From assembly GCA_964016885.1 (NCBI GenBank), contig OZ024740.1, positions 382,912,001-382,976,000 of the forward strand: a stretch of 64,000 nt of DNA, read 5' to 3'. Both the position numbers and the translations under genes were made by a program. Under the pieces are notes generated by a model, which was not told the origin of the DNA, did no database searches, and worked only from the letters and a program-made list of their open reading frames with translations. Below are positions 11,883-25,339 of the stretch, one piece after another. How positions within the stretch are numbered: position 1 is the stretch's first letter; each line of letters begins with the position of its first letter. The DNA is from Eledone cirrhosa (Eukaryota).

Positions 11883-14047
11883 TTATGGAGGATAAGTATC
11901 TGAAAGTGTGTTAAGTTTATATGAGCTGGAAAGCAGGTGTGATTTCATGTGTGGGCAACTGGTAAAAATTTCCGTCTTTGTGTTCAGGCAGGTCTTCGGT
12001 GATTTAAGATTTTGCAATAACCAAAATTTTTCATTTATGCAGAGCGTGCATTTTCTTGATCCTCTAGCATATTTTTTTAGAATTGGTTCAAAATTGACCA
12101 ATCTAGTTTATATTGGATGCCTTGGTCTTTCAAATCCCAGATTCTGCTAGCCAGAGCTGTTGTAAATCTTTTTTCTGGATGTCGAAAGGATGCGACATGT
12201 GAGTAATAACGCGTTTGAATCTGTCTTGCGTCATACCCACATATCGTTCACTGGTGACGGATGGTTATTGCTGATGGTTGTCACATTAGCCGCATATACA
12301 ATGGCTTTGGTGTGTTGCATTTACCTTGTAATGGGCATTCACTTTTGATTCTACAGGAGCAAGTTTGACTTTCTCTAGTGTGATGTTTTGTTGAGGATAT
12401 AGGACTTAATGGGGGGACCGCAGGAATAGCTAATTTTAACACAGTTTCTGTTAAAGATCTTATAGTATCTATGTGTTCTAGGGAAATGTTTATCTAGGAG
12501 TTCTAGGAATTTTTTTGCCTACATTAGTTTTAACTGCTAGAGAGTTTGGGGGGGGGGGGGGGGGGGGGGGACCAGATTATTTTTCTTTTCCTATTTTTAT
12601 GTTTAAATAGAGTTAGTGTAGTTAGGTATGTATTTAATCGGTTCGCTAAAGCCGCTATTTTGGAGGGCTTTATTATAGTAGGGGGGGATGCCTTATTGAA
12701 AATAGCTTCTGATGAAGAGAGGGTGGAGATCCTACGGCCTAATATTAGGGATAAGGTTTTTAAAAACTATAGGTGGATGGCAAGATCCTTTATTTATATA
12801 TTTTAAGTTTTCATTAGGTTTATGGTATGGTTTATAAGAAGCAGTAGGCAAATCTAAGTTTTATATCTAGGAAATCTACGTTGGAAAGGTTAGTATCAAT
12901 AGTAATTTTAAGATTAAAACTAGCAAAGGTTTTTATTAAGTCTTTCCTTAATCTATCTAAGTTATGGCCTATGGTGGTATGGGAAAGTATTAGACCATCA
13001 TCACGATAAAGCCCAAAAATATGGTTAGGAAATTTTTCTTTAAGTGTATGTAAGAGGAATAGGCCGACCAGATCACAAACCTCGGCACTGTCTATAAGAG
13101 CCCATTGAGACATCGAATGGGTTCTCTGGGTTAGATATTTTTACCCAAGTGTCATTATCATTAAAAAGTACAGTGTTCCTAGCATGCAAGATTACATCTT
13201 CTTCAATATCGGAGATATTAGTAAACCCTCAAGCGAAATTTAAAGCTTTCACTAAAAGGGTCTGAGTAATAGATGGGTAGAAATCTACGATATCGAATTG
13301 GGTGAATCTAGAACTGATTTTATTTTTAATATTATTAAACCAATGTACTACGGAAGAGCTATTTATCCATTGGAGTAATTTAGACTTACTTCTAATGTGT
13401 GTATTTAATTTATTTAAAAAATGTTTACTGGCAAGACCAATATCAGTCTTAGCAGGGTTGATTAATCTACAACTAGGGCGATTAATAAAGTCGGGTTTAT
13501 GATATTTAAGGGTGATGTACGCAGAACGTTTAGCAAGTTTTTCTGTCCTATTATCTATTTTTAAAGAAACAGCTAATTCTTTAGCTTCCTTATTTATATT
13601 ATGGTACGTATTTATATTAGCTATTTGGTATTTAGAGGTGATATTATCTATTAATAGTTGGTCGTGTAAATTATTATTAACTTCATATAGGTTTTTTAGT
13701 TTTATCTGAGAAGATGAACTTATTATTAGAAGATTTGAAAGTAGAAATATCATTAGATAATTTGGATTGAAAGGGGTTAGGAGTACTTACGAAAAATGAT
13801 GTTGTTGATAAGGTTAACTAGGTCTAATTAAAAGGAGGTCATATCTTTTACTCTTTGCGGGTATTTGTGAGTTTTGATGTCAAAATATTCCGTAGAATCC
13901 GTGTTAAATTGACCATCGAGAATCAAAGCTTTCCATCTCATTCTTTTAACAACCTTCTCTACTTTGTCTATCAGTATTTTCGTGTAGAGAGTGTTAGAAG
14001 GTGTTGGGATATTCTTTAACAGAGTAGTCCAAAGGGTATTTGTCCAT
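11883..14047 (-). pseudogene. PLE reverse transcriptase/GIY-YIG endonuclease ORF with several frameshifts
   Basis: MDKYPLDYS/LKNIPTPS...KVVKRMRWKA; CRLINPAKT; FDIVDFYPSI; AEVCDLVGL; GLYRDDGL; VDFLDI; YVGMTQDRFKTRYYSH; CTLCINEK; CPH. Confidence 0.9.
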
Positions 14048-14263
14048 ATTCGGTATTGGTTTAAAATCCTATGACTGAAGAGTGCTCGACTTAAAGAGGG
14101 CTGGAAGGTGCCAATCTCATAACGATGTAGAATATGCTACGATCATTTCCCTTGGGAGCTTTATAAGTATTGAAATTTCCGTTGGAAACCGAAAAGGTCC
14201 ATAGAAATGAAGAGGTGCTCTATGTAAGTATCAGAGCAAAATTTAATGTATAAAATCAATACA

Positions 14264-14335
14264 ATTACCTCATTACCAGAGGTTTCCCGAATGAGGCGAA
14301 TACGAAATAAACGACTTCATTCGTTCGTCAGACGA
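14264..14335 (-). ncRNA. Hammerhead ribozyme family C, 5' pseudo-LTR copy truncated in stem I at the inversion junction
   Basis: Same core as 10555-10632. Confidence 0.75.
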
Positions 14336-14339
14336 TAAG

Positions 14340-14917
14340 ATATTTAACAGAAACTGTGTTAAAATTAGCTATTCCTGCGGTCCCCCCATTAAGTCCTATA
14401 TCCTCAACAAAACATCACCTAGAGAAAGTCAAACTTGCTCCTGTAGAATCAAAAGTGGAATGCCAATTACAAGGTAAATGCAACACCAAAGCCATTGTAT
14501 ATGCGGCTAATGTGACAACCATCAGCAATAACCATCCAGTCAACCAGTGAACGATATGTGGGTATGACGCAAGACAGATTCAAAACGCGTTATTACTCAC
14601 ATGTCGCATCCTTTCGACATCCAGAAAAAAGATTTACAACAGCTCTGGCTAGCAGAATCTGGGATTTGAAAGACCAAGGCATCCAATATAAACTAGATTG
14701 GTCAATTTTGAACCAATCTAAAAAATATGCTAGAGGATCAAGAAAATGCACGGCTCTGCATAAATGAAAAAAATTTGGTTATTGCAAAATCTTAAATCAC
14801 CGAAGACCTGCCTGAACACAAAGGACGGAAATTTTTACCAGTTGCCCACACATGAAATCACACCTGCTTTCCAGCTCATATAAACTTAACACACTTTCAG
14901 ATACTTATCCTCCATAA
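14340..14917 (+). pseudogene. Inverted duplicate of the PLE GIY-YIG endonuclease region
   Basis: AIVYAANV...MGMTQDRFKTRYYSHVASFRHPEKRFTTALASRIWDLK; reverse complement of 11883-12460. Confidence 0.88.
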
Positions 14918-16132
14918 ACTCTTATTATTCTCTTTTTAAATTACCCTTTCTGACTTACTTTCATTCTTTTCCTTGTCAATAATTTCATTTATTTTCACTT
15001 TTATTTATTACCCCCCCCCCCCCTTTATTCTCCGATCCACTTCCTATTTTCTATTTTTTACTTCCCCTTCTTTTACTTCCCTTTTTCCTCCACTAACTGA
15101 TTATACTTGTCTTTTGTGTTTTTCCAACCAGATATATTCTTCATTTTTATTTTTATTTTATTTTTGCGCAGCCTATCTTACAATTTTATATTTGTACTTA
15201 TTTATCCACATTTCAATATGGCTGAACGCCTTAATGTGCGTATACTTTTTATATATGTATATGAGTGACTACGTATGTGCGCGCGCGTGCCTGTATGTAT
15301 ATGTATATGTATATTATATAATATATATATATGCGTGTATGTATGTGTGTGTGTGTACAGGTGTTTGTGCGTGTGCGTATGTATATATTATGCGTATATG
15401 TAAGTGTTTTTATATCCGTGTTTTTCACATTTCGGTTTTATGTTTTTGTTCCTTTTTTCTTCTACCCCCCCCCCCCCTTCCCCCTTTTGTTACTTACTCA
15501 GTTTCATACGTGGGCATGCATACAGGTTTATATGCGCGGGTATAAGTATGTGTGTGTGTGTGTGTGTGTGTGTATGTACGTATCGAACGTATGGAAGTGT
15601 AAGTGCGTGTGTGTATATAAGCATAATTATTTTTACATTTCTTTTGTGAGACACGCGTGTCTGTGTATGTACCCCCCTCTTTTTTTGTTTTCTTTAAATT
15701 TTTTCTTTCTATCTTTTCTTTCTAATTTATCGTTACTATATATTTATAAATATATCGAGACAGATACTTTTCTTTTAATTATTATACGATCTTTACCTCC
15801 CTTCTTTCCACATCTAAGTGTACGAGTGTCCAGGCGTTTTTATGCGCGCGACTTTATATTCTTATATTTACGATGTAACCATTTCTGTCTGTATAATACA
15901 GACATATAGATACATTTGCCCTAAATTTTTATAATTACGCACACTTTCTAACTATACATTTCTATGTGCATATATACATATATGCATATCTGTGAGCGTA
16001 TATACATACACATACACACACCTAACTATTTTTCTTGATAGATTTTTATATATTTCAATTTCTATTTCATTTATCTATATATTCTTTTTGATTTTCTTGA
16101 TGTGTTTTTCTAAGTATTTGCCCATGTTTTAT

Positions 16133-16209
16133 ATTGCCTCGTCTGACGACGAATGAAGTCGTTTATTTCGTATTCGCCTCATTCGGGAAACCTCTGGTAA
16201 TGAGGTAAT
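16133..16209 (+). ncRNA. Hammerhead ribozyme family C in the inverted PLE copy
   Basis: ATTGCCTCGT CTGACGA CGAATGA...TCATTCGG GAAAC CTCTG GTA ATGAGGTAAT. Confidence 0.8.
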
Positions 16210-16225
16210 TGTATTGATTTTATAC

Positions 16226-16294
<69 letters not shown>

Positions 16295-16848
16295 CGCTTT
16301 GAATCGCATTCGCCTATTGTTTTTTTCCTCCATTTCTCTCTAAAATCTCAAACTGTTATTATGGGTCTGAATACGAATAACTATTTGGCATTTCATGGTT
16401 TCAGGAACATTTTAGTTTGGGTAACTATATGGAATTCACCAATGATACTACTTAATACAATAATTGCTTAATGCATCAATTGGAAACTACACCTTCAGAA
16501 AAAAATAAAATAAAATGCGTAGACTATCTCAAAATGTAGTCACCGGGAGAAATATTACTTGTTGATTTAATATAGTGATTTTAGATCCGATTGACTCAGT
16601 GAAAGGAATCAAATATAGACACGTCATGAAATCTACTGGATTCAATATCCCACATTAGCAATGCCACCTGTCAATAATGAGTATTCTGAAACGTTTCTGC
16701 GCTGAAATGGTAATAGTTAAACTTGTGGCATTAACAAAACTTCCAGTAATGCTTAACAGTATAAAACGGAAAAAAGATAAAAATAACAACAACAATAAAA
16801 ACACTAAATGTTCTCTATTTGATCATAGCAAACGGTTCCCAATATATA

Positions 16849-17095
16849 CGAGATGCGTTCACAAAGTAGCCGACCATTTCACACAAGTTCCACTCCCGAC
16901 TCAAATCGCTTACCTTTCGGCGTATTTCTCAGATTGGACAAGAACCATAAGTCACATTGAGGCAAGTCCTGATAGTGGGGAGTCTGTCGAACAAGCGGTG
17001 AGTTGTACTTGACCGGGAAATCATTGATTATTTGGATGGAATAGGCCGCCATATTGTTGTTGAGAGGGTGCAAATTCCTCGCCACCCAGAAGACG
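16849..17095 (-). mobile_element. Degenerate mariner (Tc1/mariner) transposase 3' fragment with a terminal-inverted-repeat-like end
   Basis: LHPLNNNMAAYS...PLVRQTPHYQDLPQCDLWFLSNLRNTPKGKRFES resembles the mariner HDNA.AH...PYSPDLAPCDFWLF..LK..LKG.RF motif. TA|CGAGATGCGTTCACAAAGT end. Confidence 0.7.
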
Positions 17096-17671
17096 AAAAG
17101 CAAGAAAAAATATGGAATACCAGAAGTCAATATCGCGTGGATGTGTAGAATTGGTTCACAGGTTACAGGGCAATGAATAAGAGAAGTGTACATAAGATGG
17201 CGGCTATAAATAATCAAGTTTTCACAATCAATTATATAAATAATGAAAAAAAGATATAAATTGACAGCAAATGAACAGAGGAAGGTGGAAGAGGTCGTTG
17301 GATGTAAATAGAACTCATTCGGTTGTCGCCAACACACACGCACAAAACTAAATTACGCTCGGATGCAATCAATTATACTAAGTAATATGTATGTTATTGA
17401 TAATTATGATAAGAAACGCCAATGAGAATATTAAATACAACAGATATCGAAATAAAAATAAAAGCCATTGTCCTGAAATCAGCCAATGTAATTACATTCC
17501 GCGCACCCACCCAATATGTCCGTTTACTATTCCGTTTCATTTTTTCCCCCTTTCCTCTTCATATTGTTCTGCCCATTTCTCCTCTCTGTGTCTTGAAAAT
17601 TCGATAACTTCTGAAGAGACTTATAGATGCCATTAGCCGAATGCATGGGAGATCGCATTCGAATCAGCACC

Positions 17672-17730
17672 TCATTAATATACTTACACCGCATCAGCAC
17701 ATCGTTAATATACTTACACCGCATCACACC
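17672..17730. repeat. 30-bp tandem duplication
   Basis: atcagcac.tc.ttaatatacttacaccgc x2. Confidence 0.85.
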
Positions 17731-17781
17731 TAATTTGTGCTGTTTTTCCGCAAACACCTAATCTATATATCTATGTCTCTA

Positions 17782-18715
17782 TGGGCGCCTGGCACCTCGA
17801 GTGCCTTCAGGCGCTCGCAGCCCTCTACCAAGCGGAAACGGCAATCAGCGGAGATTCCAGTTCGAGATTCTATAGATGATTAGTGGAGGACGAACTGACC
17901 AGTCTGTTCGGTAGGACTTTCCGTCCAGGGCCTATGGATAACTTCCAGAGGTCTCTGGACTGGCAGTGCTACCTAGGAGCTCTACCAGTTTGAGACAAAA
18001 TCTACAGGCACGGACACCCTGGTAGAGATTCTGTCGAAAGGACATGTCTAAGATCCGAGCAGGACATCGAAACCGTTCTGCACGCAATTGTTCAGTGCCC
18101 AGGGGTGACCGGCCTGTGGAATTATGCCGAACAGCTACTGTCACGTGTGGGACGCATCCAGTTGCCAGCTGAGTCCATCGCGAGGATAACCCCGTCGCCT
18201 TCATTTAAGAATGAAGTAGAGGCGGTTTTCCTCTTCATGGTGGCTATAGCGAAAGAGGTAATATGGTGGACGAGGTTAAAAGGACTGAGGGCAAACACCT
18301 TTCTCTCCGGACAACAACTTATCCCCTTCTTTAAGTACCACTTCAGAAGGAAGGTGAGAGAGGAGAGAGAGATGCTATACACCAGTAAATTCGCTGAAAG
18401 GTGGGTGAATGTGGCGAAATGGCCCGAGTGAATGGGCCTTCTCTATATTAAAACCTGTAGGTTGGGGGAGAAAAACAGAGAGAAGACGGCAACACCTACA
18501 AAACGTCTTCCTGGTGTTGAGGGTTGTTCTATCCACGGGGTGTAAAACAACCATGCAGTAACGTTCCCCACTATTGAGGATTTCAATTGTTATTTTATTA
18601 TATATAGTTTACTGTTATTTATTAATGTTAAAGTTATATCATTTTCGTGTAAAACTCCCGCCGTAACGTTTTGTAATGTTTCATTTTTGTACGCCCCTGT
18701 GGCAAATAAAGAAAG
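17782..18715 (+). mobile_element. 5'-truncated Tx1/L1-group LINE (C-terminal zinc-finger region and 3'UTR)
   Basis: WQCYLGALPV*DKIY...TCLRSEQDIETVLHAIVQCP...AKEVIWWTR...FAERW; AATAAA followed by (TA)n at the 3' end. Confidence 0.85.
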
Positions 18716-18730
18716 ATATATATATATATA

Positions 18731-19408
18731 TAAATGGAAAAGAATGAAATGAAATTTCATTTCTCACTCTTAGTACGGCTGATACTTAAATATAAGTATG
18801 TATACGTACATACATATATGTATACAGACGTACAGTAGTATGTACATATATATACATACATGCACACATACATATATGTCCGTATGGGTTTACCGAACAT
18901 TTATTATAATGTTCGGTTTGTTTGTAACCAAACAGCCCGAATTAAGCCGTACGGTGTTCGGCAACCATCGTTGCCCTTTGGTTCAACACTGACAAAGGAA
19001 CGATGAACTAGTTTCAAGCTTATTAGCTATCGTCAGCATCGTATACCTTCCTGTCAGATGATTGAACGTTTGAAAGTATATACTTTCCTTATGTATATTA
19101 ACGGCTGAGCAGCCTAATTTGCATATCGAGTGAGTTAGTCTGCCGGGCGTACCGAAAATTATAAATGGAAAAGAATGAAATGAAATTTCATTTCTCACCC
19201 TTAGTACGGCTGATACTTATATATAAGTATGTATACGTAACGATGGTTGCCGAACACTGTGCGGCTTAATTCGGGATGTTTGTTTACAAGCAAACCGAAC
19301 ATTATAATAAATGTTCGGTAAACCCATACGTACATATATATTTATGTGTGCATGTCTGTATATATATATACATACTACTGTACGTCTGTATACATATATG
19401 TATGTATG
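18731..19408 (-). mobile_element. Retrozyme-like non-coding element, family D: 431-bp unit, partial tandem copy (19162-19238) and inverted segment (19239-19408)
   Basis: 18731-18808 repeats at 19162-19238. 19239-19408 is the reverse complement of ~18805-18972. One HHR per unit. Confidence 0.85.
19000..19042 (-). ncRNA. Type I minimal hammerhead ribozyme, family D
   Basis: ACGAUG CUGACGA U AGCU AAUA AGCU U GAAA CUAG UU CAUCGU; perfect 6-bp stem I and ACUAGU palindrome. Confidence 0.85.
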
Positions 19409-20489
19409 AAAGGTGTTTGCCCTCAGTCCTTTTAACTTCGTCCACCATATTACCTTTTTTGCTATAGTATAAGCAGAGTATAAATATTTAAATATAGAAA
19501 TGGCTTCTGTCGGACTAGATCTGTTTCATTCGGGAGAAATCATCATAAAAAATATATATATATATATATAATTTACATTCATTGCTCTCACATGTACTTT
19601 GCCCACGTTTTGTATCTAGTATTGATGTTTTATGATTTTATTATGTAATAAAGTGTTTAGTATGACACTTGAAATCTTGTGGGATAGAAGATTGAATGTC
19701 TTTGTTAAAGTTTTCTCAGGAAGTCACAATGTTTAAGAAATTATTTATTATACGATATAGTTTATTGTTCTACATGTCGGACAGCAAAATACAAGTAATT
19801 CGTTATTGTCAAACTCCGATTAGAGCTGGTTATTACTCAATAGTGGCATACCCTTTCACTTATACGCTCTTTCTTACACAGATATGTGCACACACTCGTC
19901 GGAGAAATGGAAATTTAATAAAAGGAGACAGATTTAATGAGGTATAAGGCGAAAATCTAAATATGGTAAAAAGAAAATATATTTACAGAGGAAAAAAATA
20001 TGCTGTACAAAATGTCTATATTAATAGAGAAATTAAAATGCATATAGCGAGAGATAGAGAACGGGTGCATATATTCTGTTGTATTTGTGGCTGATGACCT
20101 GAGTAAAGCTATATTTATGCACGTTTATATCGGTGAGTCACTAAAACCAAACTGAAAATGCATTTCAATAAAAGCAATACACACATTGTTTTCAGGAGTC
20201 GGTACCTAGAGCTTCCCCCTCTACGCTATCTTGAGATGAAAGGATAACATATCACTTCCATGGAAGAAAGCTGGATGGTATATTTATGTCTTTTAGAAAT
20301 CCATTATCAATCACGTTTTGATGCAGTAGCATCAAATATGGCTAGCTATCCTAATAGTCTGTAGATGTAAGTTACATGAAAAGAAAGTGTAGTTACCGAT
20401 CGACGAATATTCATTGCTGACGACTCCTTTACATACAGAAAAGGTTGTACACGTTTAATGGATATTTCACACACACACACACACACACA

Positions 20490-20537
<48 letters not shown>

Positions 20538-20539
<2 letters not shown>

Positions 20540-20988
20540 TAGACCTGAAACATGCGCAAGCTCAAAAGAACCACAGAATGTTATAATAAACCTTCAAAAG
20601 TGTGGGACTAGAGTTGATGCTCAAAAATATTGTAATCATTATCTATCGTACACTCTGTGGCAACCTTTTCTGAAAAAGAGACTCATAACGAACTCAGGAC
20701 GACACGTTAATTATTTAAGCTAATATTATATTCAATATCTTATATTAGATGTTTAGTAATGATTAATACGAAATGCACTTACACCGAATTCTATATTATA
20801 AATTCACTTAAATAATTATCTTGTCGTCTTGAGTTCGTTATGAGTCTCTTTCTTATAAAAGGATGCCACAGAGTGTACGATGGATAATGATTACAATATT
20901 TTTCAGAAACAACTCTAGTCCCACACTTTTGAAGGTTTATTATAACATTCTGACACTCTTTTGAGCTTGCGCATTTTTCAGGTCTAGT
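20538..20988. repeat. ~180-bp imperfect inverted repeat (20538-20719 / 20807-20988) next to (TA)n
   Basis: Arms begin ACTAGACCTGAAA and end TTTCAGGTCTAGT; no HHR core recognised. Confidence 0.85.
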
Positions 20989-21674
20989 TTAATATCTTTT
21001 TAAGGCAACGCTTCTAGTTAAACATGATATATATTAATAATAAATTATCGTTGTAATGTAATTAGATTATATAATTGTTATCTTATAAATGATCTTATAA
21101 GATGTATAAAAGTATTTTCAGACTTTTAATATAAACAACTACAAAAAAACAATCAATATTAAATAAATATATTTTACATAATAATTGTTATAGTTGAATT
21201 AATAAGAATTAAATATTACATTCAAATAGACTAAAATAATAATATAAAAAATAATCTAACATAATAACAATAAAATAATCTAATATAAAGCGAACAATAA
21301 TATGGACAAATATACAAGTAAATATGATACAGCCAATATTAAAAGCTTGTTATTACGAACTGAAAAAAAATAGTTAATATAAATTTAAAAAATCATATAT
21401 AAATTAACAATATAACTTACCAAAACGAGAAAAATATTTTGATGATAAAAAAAGAAATACAGGAAGAAGATTCGTTGCTTTTGAGAAACAGTTACTCTCA
21501 TTGGTTGATAAGCCGATAAGACGATGAATTAGTCAATAAGACGATACATTACAAAACATGTTTGGCAGCGATGACCACGGCCGGTGACACCCCTTGGATT
21601 TTTTATTCAGAAGCTACGCATATATGTCAGACACTGACTTAAAACATTCTGTTGTTATTCACTGCGTGTCTAAC

Positions 21675-21737
<63 letters not shown>

Positions 21738-21819
21738 TTAGCATAAATCAATATATTTGATAAACACAAATATCCTCATATTTATGTTTGTATTGTAAAT
21801 GTATATATATATATAAATG

Positions 21820-21970
<151 letters not shown>

Positions 21971-21973
21971 ATA

Positions 21974-22018
<45 letters not shown>

Positions 22019-22239
22019 TTACACTTAAAAGCATTATCATGTGTATGACGAATATATTCATGAATATACTTTAAGTGTAGAAGCATTTGTGACGATGTTC
22101 CTTATATAAGAGCATGCATTAGCTGGTGCATAAACGCATTTCAAACAGTAACATTATGTTTTAACCAATACCTTTATAAGGAATTTAAGTATAATGATTT
22201 TTTGCTATACCCTGTGAATTTCGTTATAACGGAATTTCA

Positions 22240-22321
<82 letters not shown>

Positions 22322-22540
22322 GTTATATTTAATTTGTTGGAATACAACAAGCAAAATAGTATATATAAAGGAGCAAAAGCTCACCTACAAACGTTTCACA
22401 GATGGTAGGCTCAGGATCCAGATTAGTGCTATAGACCCGACTCCAGCCCTGATCATTTCATCAACTATAACGCTAATATGATTCCTGAACCACCTATCCT
22501 CAGATCGTTCTTAACTGAACCTAATCAATAAAAACCATAG

Positions 22541-22648
22541 CGTAATACGAGAAAAAGCACTCGACGTTATGCAACCCATCCATCTTCAACATTGAATCAT
22601 GTTGGTGCTGCGGGAAAGGAATGAATCTATTATAAAGTGAAATGACAC
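22541..22648 (-). mobile_element. 3' fragment of HHR-module family F
   Basis: Aligns by eye to 28324-28430 and 50340-50440 (agcactcgacgttatgcaac). Confidence 0.7.
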
Positions 22649-22649
22649 T

Positions 22650-23060
22650 TTGCTATAGCGTACAATCCTAATAACGTTCCTCGTTAAATCACAAATCTAC
22701 TTAATCACGGGTCAGAGTTAGCAGCACTACTACTACCACACATAATTCTAAGAACAACATGAACATCAACAACACAGAGCTTGCATGTCTATGGAAACTC
22801 GTAGTATATAAACTGAGTGGCGCATGCGTAGGTAACTGCAAAGTGAAAGCTTCCCGACAGAGTGAAGGAACACTTTAGGAAGACAACACTAGCGAGTGCA
22901 GTGATCAAATACAAGCAGTGAGGCGAAAGAAACCCAACAACGTAAGTAATGGCAGTGCAATCAGATGCAATCAGCCTCTGAATAATGGAAGCGCATTTCA
23001 GTAGGAAGTAAATATCAACCCAGAATCGTCGGAGTGACTTGGATACTTGAAATAATCTGT
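22650..23060 (+). pseudogene. Degenerate PLE GIY-YIG endonuclease relic
   Basis: LVVYKL...KLPDRVKEHFRKTTLASAV...SL*IMEAHF resembles the R..EH...SAV..H...EA motifs; contains stops. Confidence 0.5.
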
Positions 23061-23525
23061 ATACTTAGTCTGACATTTAAAGGATTTCCTAAAACGAATT
23101 GAGTGCAATGAAAGATTTAACATCCGAAAGTGCTAACTAGCCTTACATACACAGGAACAAGCCTCTTAAGCTGTAGTCACGTACCAGCCCACAGGAAACA
23201 TACTAAACTTTTACTAATCCTTATCATAATTCCCCCTCTCTACTCATGTTATTTTTTTTTTCATCATTTCTTAATCTTATGAAAAATAAATCATAAAACA
23301 CAAATCAATTATCCTCTTTATTCTCTCACTCTTCCTTCTTCTATCTTGCTCCCAATCCCCCTATAGCTTATTCATCCCACGTCTAGCTTGCCCCTCAATC
23401 CACACTTACCTTACAGTACCAGGAATAAACGCAACTACAACGTCCACTAAACTACAACTACAACGTGTGCATAAACACATACTCTCACTTTCTCTCTTCT
23501 CTCTCTCTCCCCCCTCTCTCTCTCT

Positions 23526-23599
<74 letters not shown>

Positions 23600-23966
23600 G
23601 TTTACATAAACATAAATACATGTAATGGAGAAAACTAATTATATATTTACAACGACTCTATATTCCATTAGAAGTTAGCTAAGATTGTAATGTCTCGGAT
23701 ATTATATTAGATGATATACAATGTTAATCTTAGAGAGAAAAGTATTAGGAATGGTTGTCTCAAATTGGTGTTGATAATATAAATATGTAGTCTGTATTTC
23801 AAATTTAGAATTAAGAGACGGACACTTTATGAGCTGGTTAGATATAGTACATAATTTGTCAACATGGTTCGTCAGTTAGCTACGAGCATGTTAGCAATCT
23901 GAAATAATTGTGTATATGAAGTAAATATATGTAATAATTGATGTTGATAGTATATATATATATATA

Positions 23967-24908
23967 CATAATTACATAAACGGAGAAAGCTATTAGCGAT
24001 ACTCCGACCAATTTCCAACTCACTCAACAAACATTAGGAAATACCGGAGTATATTCCAAATTAAACGTTTGGAGTGCTAACTTTATTGTATTGTGTGGAT
24101 AATTGGCTGTGTTATTTTATATGAGATATATTAAAGATCTCATTCCCCAAACGATCGTTTCATTATAACATTTCTAGATGGTGGGTGAAATTATAGCAAG
24201 TTATGTAGAAACTTGTGTAAGATCAATGGATTCTTATGCAAGTGGGCTCTTATAAATCTTTAGTGGGTGCCCAATAATATTAATATTAATAACTAAATCA
24301 ACATCAATATTTAGCGATAATCACCATCAGTGCTAGAAGAAACTGTTAGGTTGTAAGTCCAGCAGTTCTAAAGAAAATCTCACACTGTGACCAAAATGGG
24401 AGGAGGAGGTTACCGTGAAAAAATAATATACACGCAGGTCATTGAACTCTGACAAGTATTCAAGCCTCGTGCGAAGAACTCAATTGGATATGAAAAAATA
24501 AATATATGTGTGCACTATTTAAGGACACATAGAGATATTTTCTCAGGAAAAATAACAGATACGAGATACAGGAACCAACAATCAATATTCATATAAAAAA
24601 TAAACAAAGAGAGGAGGATTTATAAGAGCCCACTTGCATAAGAATCCATTGATCTTACACAAGCTTCTACATAACTTGCTATAATTTCATCCACCATGTA
24701 GACATCTTATAATGAAACGATCGTTTGGGGAATGAGATCTTTAATATATCTCATATAAAATAACAGCCAATTATCCACACAATACAATATAGTTAGCACC
24801 CCAAACGGTTAATTGGGAATAAACTCCGGTATTTCCTAATGTTTGTGGAGTGAGTTGGAAATTGGTCGGAATATCGCTAATTGCTTTCTCCGTTTATGTA
24901 ATTATGTA
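23967..24908. mobile_element. HHR module family E, inverted pair (arms ~23967-24258 and ~24618-24908)
   Basis: ~290-bp inverted repeat, homologous to the 722-bp tandem unit at 57507-58850. The - strand HHR at 24146-24267 has a mutated CUAAAGA core. Confidence 0.85.
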
Positions 24909-25006
24909 TTATACTCTTGGATCACCAGACATGAACTTTCCCGATATAAGGTATGACTCTCTTTGTTTATTTTTTTATATGAATATTGATTGTTTGTTTC
25001 TGTATC

Positions 25007-25250
<244 letters not shown>

Positions 25251-25339
25251 CCACCCAACCAGGAAGTGGGCATATCAAAGTATTGACAAAATTATACACC
25301 TCAGCAACATATCTACTTGTCTATACCACACTAGTTCGG

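Larger units (their letters stand above)
10460..16229 (-). mobile_element. Penelope-like retroelement: full unit on - strand (14335 to 10460) with direct pseudo-LTR, plus an inverted 5'-truncated copy (14336-16229)
   Basis: RT plus C-terminal GIY-YIG ORF. 10460-10625 repeats directly at ~14168-14335. 14336-16229 is the reverse complement of ~10535-12460. (TA)-rich tracts lie at both ends. Confidence 0.93.

Noticed and set aside
22205-22243. Pogo/Tigger-like terminal sequence (CAGTGAAATTCCGTTATAACG)
   Set aside because: Only one short end seen, with no partner end or transposase.
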